DNA from: a virus
Reading direction: 5' to 3' (one strand)
DNA length: 64,000 nucleotides
Virus record (IMG/VR): IMGVR_UViG_3300045988_103857
The translations under genes were made by a program, and so were the position numbers. This document shows, in pieces, positions 6,242 through 15,151 of this stretch (its first letter is position 1; each line of letters starts with the position of its first letter). The notes under the pieces were generated by a model. The model did no database searches. It saw only the letters and a program-made list of their open reading frames with translations, and was not told the DNA's origin.

Positions 6242-6954
6242 ACGAACTGAAAGTATTGAATGAGCAGGAAGTATTAGGAAAACAGTTTCGAGTATACGGA
6301 ACGGCAGAGGAACCGCTATTCTTAGCAAAAGATGTAGCGGAGTGGATTGAACACAGCAAGCCATCAGTAATGATTGAATCTGTAGATGAGGATGAGAAAG
6401 TCAAAGTAAATAATGTTTACTTTGAAAATAGAACCGGCGGGAATGGGACATGGTTTCTTACCGAAAATGGACTTTATGAAGTTCTGATGCAATCCAGAAA
6501 GCCGATTGCCAAACAGTTCAAAAAAGAAGTCAAAGAGATTCTGAAAACCATCCGTAAGCATGGCATATATGCCACGGACAATGTCATTGATAACATTCTG
6601 AATAATCCAGACTTCGGCATCGAACTTCTGACAAAATTGAAAGAAGAACGTGCCGCAAGAGTAGAAGCCGAGAGAAAGAATGCTATCCTGATGCACGTAA
6701 ATAAGACATATACCATTACTGAGATTGCAAAAGAACTGGGACTGAAATCAGCAATACAGCTAAATCGGATTCTGGCAGAGAAAAAGATACAGTATCAGGT
6801 GAACGGTACGTGGGTGATGTTTTCACAGTATAGTAATTGTGGGTATGAGGAAATCAAACAGGAAGTTCTGGATTCTGGAAAAGTGATCTACCATAGACGG
6901 ATTACACAGATGGGACGGGAATTTATTCTTGATCTATTTGAAAAGACAGCGTAA
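6238..6954 (+). CDS. phage antirepressor (BRO-N domain plus KilAC-like C-terminus)
   Basis: FRVYGTAEEPLFLAKDVAEWIEH...NGLYEVLMQSRKPIAKQFKKEV is a typical Bro-N pattern. The C-terminal half is ANT/KilAC-like. Confidence 0.75.
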   Translation: MNELKVLNEQEVLGKQFRVYGTAEEPLFLAKDVAEWIEHSKPSVMIESVDEDEKVKVNNVYFENRTGGNGTWFLTENGLYEVLMQSRKPIAKQFKKEVKEILKTIRKHGIYATDNVIDNILNNPDFGIELLTKLKEERAARVEAERKNAILMHVNKTYTITEIAKELGLKSAIQLNRILAEKKIQYQVNGTWVMFSQYSNCGYEEIKQEVLDSGKVIYHRRITQMGREFILDLFEKTA

Positions 6955-6972
6955 TTGAAAGGGGAGATTTCC

Positions 6973-7209
6973 ATGTTTAATAAACTTTTTAACTTATACA
7001 TAAGATACAAGACTAAAAATCTCAAAGCAGTTCCACTGTTCGTTATGACATTTAATTGGAAGAAAATTCAGAAAGACGGTAAAAAAGATATCTGTATGTT
7101 GACCATACATCCAGAAATCGCAAACGATCCGTTCTTAAAGAAAAAGCTGTCTGAATGTGCAGATTATATCCGAGATAACTACGATATGGAAATATTCACT
7201 AAGCTTTAA
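6973..7209 (+). CDS. hypothetical protein
   Basis: GGGGAG SD upstream of the ATG at 6973. Confidence 0.5.
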   Translation: MFNKLFNLYIRYKTKNLKAVPLFVMTFNWKKIQKDGKKDICMLTIHPEIANDPFLKKKLSECADYIRDNYDMEIFTKL

Positions 7210-7220
7210 GGGAGGACGCC

Positions 7221-7562
7221 ATGAGAATTGAAGATTTGAAGAGTTGGACAGCAGATCAGTTGAAAGAAGAACTTTTTCGGTTGGCTGATGAGAGAGAAGC
7301 AAAGCAACATGAGATTTTAGACAAGGATAATAAAATCAACGAGCTTCAGGCTGAATTGGATAAAATGTGCGATTATAACAATGAGTTAAAAAGACAGGTG
7401 TGTGAAAAAGCGGATGTGCCATTTTACGACGAATCTGTAGAAATCGCAAAATATCACAGACAGCATCAGGACGACTGCGTTACAATTAACCAGTTGCATA
7501 CAACACTTGACGTTCTGATTGACCGATATGCAAACATGAGAAAGATTCATGGGGTGAGTTGA
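7221..7562 (+). CDS. hypothetical coiled-coil protein
   Basis: AGGGAGG SD. Heptad-like charged sequence. Confidence 0.6.
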   Translation: MRIEDLKSWTADQLKEELFRLADEREAKQHEILDKDNKINELQAELDKMCDYNNELKRQVCEKADVPFYDESVEIAKYHRQHQDDCVTINQLHTTLDVLIDRYANMRKIHGVS

Positions 7563-7566
7563 TGTT

Positions 7567-7851
7567 ATGGATAATCAAATTACTGTTAGCAAATTACTAA
7601 ATATACTTGATGAGCTTTCGATGAATGGCTTTGGAGATATGCCAGTGTTCTTAGGCGAAAATTATCCGTTGTTAGAAGATTCGATAAGCGTTAATCCGCG
7701 TGAAAATAAGTTACAAATTAGGAATACATACTATGATAATAGAATGGCAGAAGCCATGACAAAAACAATTAATGAATTAGAGAACATACGCAAAACGTAT
7801 ATTTCAGAATGTATTTTAGCTGGAATGGGATGGGATAATGAATCGACATAA
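7567..7851 (+). CDS. hypothetical protein
   Basis: GGGGTGAG SD. Tight spacing to neighbours. Confidence 0.6.
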   Translation: MDNQITVSKLLNILDELSMNGFGDMPVFLGENYPLLEDSISVNPRENKLQIRNTYYDNRMAEAMTKTINELENIRKTYISECILAGMGWDNEST

Positions 7852-8032
7852 AAACACCGAATATAATGCAGTTATGATTGACGCATCCGTTTTACACGAT
7901 AGCATAAAATACGGAATACCACGTACATTCATTAAAAATAATTACTTAAAAATGCACGGCAAACCAATGATTCGTAAGTCCACTAGGAGGAAACAGAAAT
8001 ATGTTACTGGTTTATTCAGGCTCGGACATTGA
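7838..8032 (+). CDS. hypothetical protein
   Basis: Overlapping stop-start with neighbours. Confidence 0.45.
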   Translation: MNRHKNTEYNAVMIDASVLHDSIKYGIPRTFIKNNYLKMHGKPMIRKSTRRKQKYVTGLFRLGH

Positions 8033-8243
8033 TTTTCTTGACGCCACATACAATATCGAGGGAGAATGCCACCGAATGAACATCCCGACTAGGTTCTATC
8101 CAGACAGACGCTTGCTTCTAGCAGGGAATACGACCGTAATATACAACAAAACGGGAAATCTTTCTAAAACATGGAAAGCAGATTACATCGGGGACAATTA
8201 TTTGACGATTTTGACATTGATCAGAAAGGACAACGGTAAATGA
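8001..8243 (+). CDS. hypothetical protein
   Basis: TAGGAGG SD upstream. Confidence 0.55.
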   Translation: MLLVYSGSDIDFLDATYNIEGECHRMNIPTRFYPDRRLLLAGNTTVIYNKTGNLSKTWKADYIGDNYLTILTLIRKDNGK

Positions 8244-8473
8244 GCATTAAAACAGCACTTGAATCAGAGGGAGTAGACTTCTCCGAATATATGAATATAC
8301 CCGAACCATGGGACGGCTCAGCACAAATTAAAATGGAAAATGGTACAAAATGGGTAATTTGTCCGTTTTGCGGAAAGAAAGCCTTAAAGATTCTCCCGAC
8401 CACAAAGATTTATCGGATGCCGTATAAATGTAAGGGTAGCAACTGCAAGAAAGAATTTATGGTGAATGTATGA
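8240..8473 (+). CDS. Cys-rich KTR-type zinc-ribbon protein
   Basis: CPFCGKKALKILPTTKIYRMPYKCKGSNCKKEFMVNV matches the Cys_rich_KTR pattern (CPxCgxK...P..C..C..e..v). Confidence 0.6.
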   Translation: MSIKTALESEGVDFSEYMNIPEPWDGSAQIKMENGTKWVICPFCGKKALKILPTTKIYRMPYKCKGSNCKKEFMVNV

Positions 8474-8754
8474 TATGGAACGAAGAAATATCCTTTGATG
8501 GATTCCAAAAGAAGATTGATGAGTGGTACAAGGATAAAGACTTTGAATTGTGCGATCCACCTATCAGTGCTCAGTTTGCCTTAGACTTGATTTTCAAGAC
8601 ATTAGTAGATGATAGAGAAGATTATCCATATCTCACAACTATGCCAGAAAGCGTAGAACAGACAAATAGCATCATGCTTGATTTGATTCTTCGGAGATAC
8701 AGTCGCAAATACAGAAAATACTTGAAATCAAAAAGAAAGATGGCGAACAAATGA
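8470..8754 (+). CDS. hypothetical protein
   Basis: ATGA overlap with the upstream gene. Confidence 0.55.
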   Translation: MIWNEEISFDGFQKKIDEWYKDKDFELCDPPISAQFALDLIFKTLVDDREDYPYLTTMPESVEQTNSIMLDLILRRYSRKYRKYLKSKRKMANK

Positions 8755-9350
8755 AAAAGATACCAACATTGTTTGAACGAGAATTTAAAGACCATAATGT
8801 TATAAAAATCCTTCCAAAAGTGCATCCAGGTATGGAATGGGTACTTAAAGGAGAAGGAGTTGCAACAGTGAAATATGATGGCTCTTGCTGTGCGATAATT
8901 GACGGAGAATATTATAAAAGATATGACTGCAAGAAAGGTAAAATACCACCAGAGGGATTTATCCCTTGTTGCGAGCCAGACACAATTACAGGTCATTGGC
9001 CGGGATGGGTAAAGGTTGATGAGAAAAATCCGGCTGATAAGTGGTTTGTTACGGCATATGAAATGACGGTAATGCTTGAAAACTATGGGATGAAATTATC
9101 AGATGGCACATATGAAGCAGTTGGTAGATGCTTTCAAAATAATCCATACAATTTCACATCCAATAAATTAATCAAGCATGGCAAGGAAATCGTTGAAGTT
9201 GAAAGAACATTTGATGGAATCAAGAAATATATTTCCGAACACGAAATAGAGGGATTGGTTTTCTGGAAAGACGGAATCCCACAATGCAAAATCAAACGTT
9301 CAGATTTCGGCTTTGAATGGCCAGTAAGAATGGGAGGATGCACAGAATGA
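8751..9350 (+). CDS. small ATP-dependent nucleic-acid ligase-like protein (KxDG nucleotidyltransferase motif)
   Basis: GVATVKYDGSCCAIIDG carries the KxDG adenylylation motif. Its size and the PPEGFIPC..PD..TGHWPGWV segment resemble the short phage RNA/DNA ligase family. Confidence 0.55.
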   Translation: MKKIPTLFEREFKDHNVIKILPKVHPGMEWVLKGEGVATVKYDGSCCAIIDGEYYKRYDCKKGKIPPEGFIPCCEPDTITGHWPGWVKVDEKNPADKWFVTAYEMTVMLENYGMKLSDGTYEAVGRCFQNNPYNFTSNKLIKHGKEIVEVERTFDGIKKYISEHEIEGLVFWKDGIPQCKIKRSDFGFEWPVRMGGCTE

Positions 9351-9616
9351 AAAAGATAATCGTTGCAATAACAGCTTTATCACTGACGCTTGGAATAGCA
9401 GGGTGCCAGTCTACCACAAGAAATTGCGGTGGAAACACAACATTAGAGTTGAAACCAAACCAAAAGTTAGAGGAAATTACATGGAAAAATAATTCACTAT
9501 GGTATCTCACACGTCCTATGACTGATGATGATATTGCCGAGACTCACACGTTCCAGGAATCTTCTAATTTCGGAGTATTCGAGGGTAGAGTAACTGTTGT
9601 TGAAACAAAAAAATAA
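9347..9616 (+). CDS. lipoprotein (possible superinfection-exclusion type)
   Basis: Signal peptide MKKIIVAITALSLTLGIAGC with the lipobox L-G-I-A-G-C. Confidence 0.7.
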   Translation: MKKIIVAITALSLTLGIAGCQSTTRNCGGNTTLELKPNQKLEEITWKNNSLWYLTRPMTDDDIAETHTFQESSNFGVFEGRVTVVETKK

Positions 9617-9686
9617 ACAATCAGTCAAAGAGCCACATGAGAGCCAGACTAAATCCTAAGAAGAAAGGAGGTCTGGCTCTATTTTT

Positions 9687-11381
9687 ATGCAAAAATTCAC
9701 AGAAGGTTCGTTTGAATGGTATCGGGCGATTTTAAATCAAATTATTAATGGTGATATGACAGTCTATCAAAACCAGAAAGACTGCCTTGATCTGCTGTTA
9801 AATATGAATATTGACCTTCCTTTCAAGGATAATCCAGATGCGCAACAGATGGGAATAAAGGTGAGCCAGTATTCACACAATATCGCAGAAAGGCAAGCTG
9901 CTATTACTGGAAGTGGAGATTTTGACGATATTTACTGGAAATATTTGCTATTGGAAGCACCATGGATTTTTGAAAGCTATTTGTATTACATGGAAAAGAA
10001 TAGGCCTGACAGTAAGAAGTTTTACGTTCCAAGAAAAAAGACACTTCAAGTAGTTGCCCAAGATTTACAAGATTTGGAAGAGAGAAAAATTGAGTTTTAC
10101 GGTTTGTCGCTTCCAAGTCGAGTTGGGAAAAGCACCATGTGCATATTTTTTATGTCATGGATAATGGGTAGAAGACCAAATAGTCATAATGCTATGGGCG
10201 GTCACTCCGGAAAACTGGCTAAAGGATTCTATGGCGAACTACTTAATCTGATCAATACGCAAGAATATACATATTCAGAAATATTTCCGACTTTAAAATT
10301 GCAGAAACAGAGTGCAGATGATTTTGAAATCAATCTTGATAAACCCGACCGCTTTGCGACTATGACTTGCCGAGGAATTGAAGGAACATGGACGGGTGCT
10401 GTCGATATTTCTCCTGACGGATATTTGTATGTGGATGACCTTGTAAGAGACAGACAGCATTCATTAAGCCCTACTCGACTGGAAAATACATATCAAGAAT
10501 ATCTAAACAAAATGGTTGACCGTAAAATTGATGGGGCAAGAGAGCTTATGGTTGGAACAAGATGGAATCTGTACGACCCATTAGGTAAGATTGAAAAACT
10601 CAATCGAGATAATCCACTGTATAGGTTCCGCAAGATTCCTGCCTTGAATGACGATGGTGAATCAAACTTCGAATATGATTATGGAGTTGGCTTTTCTACA
10701 AAGTATTATGTGGATATGAAAGCCAGACTTGATGCTAACGAATGGGAGGCTAAATATCAACAGAGACCATTTTTACGAGAAGGGATTATATTTGCAGAAG
10801 ATGAATTGAGATATTACAACGGAATTCTTCCCGAAGGCGGTTTTGTGAGAAATATATCTGCTTGTGATGTGGCATGGGGTGGTGGCGACAGTTTGTCGAT
10901 GCCCGTAGGAGCGGAATTTGAAAATGGAGATATTTACATTTATGACTGGATTTTTAATACAGGTCCTAAAGAGGTGACACTTCCATTAGTTGTCGGAAGA
11001 ATTATGGGGAATAAAATACAAAACATTAACTTTGAGGCAAATAATGGTGGAGATATGTACGCATATTATGTGAGCGAGCGATTGAAAGAACATATGTATT
11101 CGTGCAGTACAACCAGTACAAAAGCTCCGTCAAAGCAAGCTAAAAAAGAAAAAATAAATCAATACTCAGGAGATGTAAAAAATAGATTTATATTTTTAGC
11201 CCCGAAATATCGCAGCCGAGAATATGAAAATGCCATGGAAGAATTAACCACTTTTGTATATATTGGGGACAATGACCATGACGATGCACCTGACGGGGTA
11301 ACACAACTTATGATGTCAATCACAGAAAAAAGGCTCGCAGAAGTTTCAGCAGTACAGAATCCATTTTGGGGAAGGAGATAA
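9687..11381 (+). CDS. terL: terminase large subunit
   Basis: 564 aa. Walker-A-like PSRVGKST. Acidic nuclease-half motifs (DVAWGGGDS, DHDDAPD). Lies immediately upstream of the portal region. Confidence 0.85.
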   Translation: MQKFTEGSFEWYRAILNQIINGDMTVYQNQKDCLDLLLNMNIDLPFKDNPDAQQMGIKVSQYSHNIAERQAAITGSGDFDDIYWKYLLLEAPWIFESYLYYMEKNRPDSKKFYVPRKKTLQVVAQDLQDLEERKIEFYGLSLPSRVGKSTMCIFFMSWIMGRRPNSHNAMGGHSGKLAKGFYGELLNLINTQEYTYSEIFPTLKLQKQSADDFEINLDKPDRFATMTCRGIEGTWTGAVDISPDGYLYVDDLVRDRQHSLSPTRLENTYQEYLNKMVDRKIDGARELMVGTRWNLYDPLGKIEKLNRDNPLYRFRKIPALNDDGESNFEYDYGVGFSTKYYVDMKARLDANEWEAKYQQRPFLREGIIFAEDELRYYNGILPEGGFVRNISACDVAWGGGDSLSMPVGAEFENGDIYIYDWIFNTGPKEVTLPLVVGRIMGNKIQNINFEANNGGDMYAYYVSERLKEHMYSCSTTSTKAPSKQAKKEKINQYSGDVKNRFIFLAPKYRSREYENAMEELTTFVYIGDNDHDDAPDGVTQLMMSITEKRLAEVSAVQNPFWGRR

Positions 11382-11382
11382 T

Positions 11383-11808
11383 ATGACCACAAGAGAATAT
11401 TTAGGGCAAATTCAGAAATATGACAAGCTTATTAAAAATAAAAAATACGAAGAAGAACATTTAAGAAGTCTTGCTCTTGGGCTTAAATCGTTCTCATATG
11501 GTGAAAAAGTTCAGTCTACTCCGAATCCCAATCAAATGACCGATGCCGTAAGCGAACTTGTTGACATTCAAACAGAAATCAAAAAAATGGTTATTGAATA
11601 CACAAAGAAAAAGCAAGACATTATTGAAACAATAGACAAGGTGAGCGATATCAATTCAGATTTGTATGATCTGCTGTTTAGGCGATATGTAAAAGATGAA
11701 AGGCTTGAAATGATTGCCTGTGAAATGGGATATTCCTATTCTCATGTGAAATTATTGCATTCGAAAGCACTGAATATCGTCAAAAACATTAAGAATTTTG
11801 AAAGTTAA
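11383..11808 (+). CDS. DUF1492/sigma-70 region-4-like late transcriptional activator (RinA/ArpU superfamily type)
   Basis: The C-terminal LEMIACEMGYSYSHVKLLHSKALNIV is a sigma r4-type HTH. Size and phage context fit the Gram-positive late-activator superfamily. Confidence 0.55.
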   Translation: MTTREYLGQIQKYDKLIKNKKYEEEHLRSLALGLKSFSYGEKVQSTPNPNQMTDAVSELVDIQTEIKKMVIEYTKKKQDIIETIDKVSDINSDLYDLLFRRYVKDERLEMIACEMGYSYSHVKLLHSKALNIVKNIKNFES

Positions 11809-11900
11809 TACCTGATAATACTGAATAATACCTGCATATATTATATAATATAAGCTGTAAAATAAGCACCGGGAAGAACCCTTGGTGCTTTTTTCATGCA
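11799..11900 (+). promoter_or_regulatory. conserved cassette copy 1: 35-nt block with three TAATAC repeats, then a -10 TATAAT (11844-11849), then an intrinsic terminator
   Basis: 35/35 nt identical to 29185-29219. CTGAAT (11821-11826), 17 nt, then TATAAT. The terminator hairpin follows about 15 nt later. The shared 3' end is GCTTTTTTCATGCA. Confidence 0.6.
11865..11894 (+). terminator. intrinsic terminator inside cassette copy 1
   Basis: Stem AGCACC(GGG)/(CCC)TTGGTGCT followed by T6. Confidence 0.7.
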
Positions 11901-11920
11901 GAAAAATAGGAGGACAGGCA

Positions 11921-13375
11921 GTGGGGAGAAACAAAATAAATTTTGTTGACCTATGCCAAGGCGAGTTTGGCAGAAAAACTGCCTATACTGGCGTAGACCA
12001 GATTACTCCCCAGAACGTGGCACAGGTCCTTTCTGATACAATCGGAATCCATAACAGGAATAGAACCCTGATGGATTATCTTTACAGATATTACAAAGGC
12101 GATCAGCCAATTTTATATCGTGAAAAACTTGTTCGCCCAGAGGTCAACAATAAAGTTGTTGAGAATCATGCCCTTGAAACAGTCAAATTCAAGGCAGGAC
12201 AGATATACGGAGAACCTATTCAGTATGTCTGCAAGAAGAAAAAAGCGAGTGAAGAAACAAACGAACAAGTTGATAGGCTCAATGATTATCTGGACGAAGC
12301 CAATTCAGACGCCAGAAACATTCAGCTTGGAATATACCAGAGCGCAGTAGGAACTGCATATAAAGCAATTCTAAGAGAGGATGAATGGACAAAGGATGGA
12401 GACTTACCGCCTTTCAGAATATTTATCCCATCACCGCAGGATGTATATATTGTTTATTCAAGCGTTACTGGCAAACCAGTGCTTTCCGTCCAGATTTTAA
12501 AAGACGAGGACAATCAGCAGTATTACCAGTGTTATTCTTCCAGACAGTATTTCAAAATACAAAATGGAGCGGTAACAGAATCTGGAATCAATGGTTTTGG
12601 CGGTATTCCTATCATTGAATATCCAAATAATCACGACAGACTTTCTGACATTGAAATTGCGATCACAATGTATGATGCAATCAACAAATATCAATCTGAC
12701 AGACTGAATGGGGTTGAACAGTTCGTGCAAGCCCTAATGAAATTCAAAAACTGTGAGATTGATGAAGCAGAATTTGTAAAAATGATAAAACTCGGTGCTG
12801 TATCTGTAAAAGACGTCGGGAATGGAACACAATCAGATGTTGATTTAATGACTGCTGAACTAAATCAGTCAGAAAGTCAGGTTGCTAAAGATGATATTTA
12901 CAACAATATACTGATTGTAGAAGCAATGCCGAATCGACAGGGCAATACCGGTGGAGACACAGGAAATGCAGTGTATCTGAGGAATGGTTGGGATTTTGCA
13001 GAACGAGACGCAAAATTGGTAGAACCATTTACGAAAGAAGCGGAAAAAGCATCCGCCAGAATTATTTTGAATATTATCCGAAAAACTTCAATGGACGTAA
13101 ATATTTCAACTAGAGATTTTGATGTAAAAATCACCAGAAACCCGACAGATAACATGCTTGTCAAAGCGCAGGCACTTGATTATCTGTTCAAAAATAAAAT
13201 TCATCCGCTTATTGCGCTGATTACTTGCGGATTATTTAGTGATCCACAAAAAGTATATGAAATGAGTTTGCCATATCTCGGAACCATTTATCCGGAATTG
13301 GCAGACCCAGACTCAGAGTTGCAGAAAGCGCAAGATTTGCTGAATGGCTTCAATAAGGATGTGATTTCAGAATGA
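11921..13375 (+). CDS. portal protein (SPP1 gp6-like)
   Basis: GTG start 7 nt after AGGAGG. About 485 aa. Sits between TerL and the Mu-F-like gene. Confidence 0.8.
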   Translation: MGRNKINFVDLCQGEFGRKTAYTGVDQITPQNVAQVLSDTIGIHNRNRTLMDYLYRYYKGDQPILYREKLVRPEVNNKVVENHALETVKFKAGQIYGEPIQYVCKKKKASEETNEQVDRLNDYLDEANSDARNIQLGIYQSAVGTAYKAILREDEWTKDGDLPPFRIFIPSPQDVYIVYSSVTGKPVLSVQILKDEDNQQYYQCYSSRQYFKIQNGAVTESGINGFGGIPIIEYPNNHDRLSDIEIAITMYDAINKYQSDRLNGVEQFVQALMKFKNCEIDEAEFVKMIKLGAVSVKDVGNGTQSDVDLMTAELNQSESQVAKDDIYNNILIVEAMPNRQGNTGGDTGNAVYLRNGWDFAERDAKLVEPFTKEAEKASARIILNIIRKTSMDVNISTRDFDVKITRNPTDNMLVKAQALDYLFKNKIHPLIALITCGLFSDPQKVYEMSLPYLGTIYPELADPDSELQKAQDLLNGFNKDVISE

Positions 13376-14025
13376 GTATTTCATCATACGATGAATTAAA
13401 TATCAGGCCCAACAATCGCAGAAGTGAACCGTATAAAGAATATTTCAGCAAAATGTCAATATCAGACAAAGAAAAGCAACAAAGGATAGCTTTTTCTGAA
13501 CAAATGGAAGAAGTTGTCCTTTATATTTTAGCGTTGATAGAAACAACCATAGAAAGTGGAGAATCAGATCAAGAATACATTCAGACTCAATTTTACGACA
13601 AATATCTGGATGTAATTGCTTCGTATATGCTTATAGACACATATATCAAGCAATATGCTCTTGACGTGACAAAACAAATTATTGATGCAACATTTGAAAG
13701 ATTTTCTGCCGAAGACAAAAGCATTACTGATGATTATTACCTGTCAAATGACCGGACAATGTTTATTTCAGAATGCGAAGCTAATTCGATACTGAATTAC
13801 AGACAGTATTCAAAAGCTGTGAAAGCAGGAAAGACAAAGAAGAAATGGATTGACGTAGGAGACAAAAGGGAACGAAAGACACACCTTGAAGTCGGAGGAA
13901 CCATACTCCCGATTGATGAGCCGTTTTCGGTTGGAGATAGCTTACTACAATTTCCAAAAGACACCTCGCTAGGAGCTTCGGCAGATGAGGTTGTGAACTG
14001 CCGGTGTTCAATTCAATACAGTTGA
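13372..14025 (+). CDS. head morphogenesis protein (SPP1 gp7 / Mu F family)
   Basis: The C-terminal W.DVGDKRERKTH...NCRCS matches the gp7/MuF signature (D.RvR.sH ... NCRC). Confidence 0.8.
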   Translation: MSISSYDELNIRPNNRRSEPYKEYFSKMSISDKEKQQRIAFSEQMEEVVLYILALIETTIESGESDQEYIQTQFYDKYLDVIASYMLIDTYIKQYALDVTKQIIDATFERFSAEDKSITDDYYLSNDRTMFISECEANSILNYRQYSKAVKAGKTKKKWIDVGDKRERKTHLEVGGTILPIDEPFSVGDSLLQFPKDTSLGASADEVVNCRCSIQYS

Positions 14026-14149
14026 TTTAGAGACGAGTAAAATCGTCTCTTTTTTATTAAAAAAATATGCACCCCGATAGCGTAATCATGGGAGACACCT
14101 TGAGCTGAGCGAACAGCGTAAAAAAGCGTATTGGTGAAAGGAGATTTCA

Positions 14150-14776
14150 ATGACAAGAGAAGATGTAAAGAAGATCTTTCCAGATGCAACCGATGAGCAG
14201 ATTACCTCTTTCCTGAATCAGTCAAATTCTGATGTGGCTAAGGAAAAAGCCAAAAATCAGAAATTAAAAGAAGATGCAGAAAAAGCAAAAGCGTTGGAAA
14301 CAGAACTGGAAGAACTGAAAAAGCAGAACATGAGTGAAGCTGAAAGAACAGAATTGGAGCATCAGAAAGAGAAAGCAACAAATGAAAAAAGAATTTCTGA
14401 TCTCGAATCTGCACTTAAAGCAGCTCAGAAAGACGCTCTGACAGGTAAAATCACTTCTATTTTTGCGAGTGCAGGAATGAAAGGAGATGCCTACGCAGGA
14501 GCAATCAAAGCATTTTCAAATATGGATGCTGAAGATGCACTCAAAGAAGCCCAGACTTTTGTTGATGGAATTTCCGAAGTAAATAAATCAACGCTTGATA
14601 CCGCAAAAGCCGCATGGGAAAAAGAAGCCCTTGAAAAGACACCTAATCCGGGTGGCGGTAAATCTGGTGGAGAACCAGAAAAGAAAAGCGAAGCATCTGA
14701 ATATGCAAAAGCGTACTCAGCAAAAATGTGTCCAGAAAATAAACCGGCAGATGATAATGCCCCAGTAAATATTTAA
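14150..14776 (+). CDS. scaffolding protein (DUF4355-like)
   Basis: Highly charged coiled-coil (KAKALETELEELKKQN...). Lies immediately upstream of the capsid genes. Confidence 0.7.
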   Translation: MTREDVKKIFPDATDEQITSFLNQSNSDVAKEKAKNQKLKEDAEKAKALETELEELKKQNMSEAERTELEHQKEKATNEKRISDLESALKAAQKDALTGKITSIFASAGMKGDAYAGAIKAFSNMDAEDALKEAQTFVDGISEVNKSTLDTAKAAWEKEALEKTPNPGGGKSGGEPEKKSEASEYAKAYSAKMCPENKPADDNAPVNI

Positions 14777-14794
14777 GAAAAGGAGATTTAGATT

Positions 14795-15139
14795 ATGGCT
14801 TTTATGAAAACAGAGCAGTACGAATCCACACCTAATATCCTCGAATCCGAGGTAGGACTGGTACTTAAAACCTATACAGCAGAACAGACAAATGCTGAAA
14901 CCGTTGGAACTAAGAAGATTATCAAGGCAGGTTCTGTATATCCGACAAACGCAACTGGTGCTAAAGGCATTGTGTTTGAAGACGTCGATATGACAGACGA
15001 TACAAAACGACCGATTTCCGTAATTGTTGCAGGACGTGTTCTTGAAAAAAGACTTCCGGTAACAGTAGAAACCACTGCGAAAACAGAGCTTGAAAAAGCA
15101 GGTATCGTTTTTGTAACCACTACAGACCCAGAATTTTAA
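14795..15139 (+). CDS. small head protein (possible decoration protein)
   Basis: 114 aa, between the scaffold and major capsid genes. Function inferred from position only. Confidence 0.4.
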   Translation: MAFMKTEQYESTPNILESEVGLVLKTYTAEQTNAETVGTKKIIKAGSVYPTNATGAKGIVFEDVDMTDDTKRPISVIVAGRVLEKRLPVTVETTAKTELEKAGIVFVTTTDPEF

Positions 15140-15151
15140 GGAGGTAAGCAG

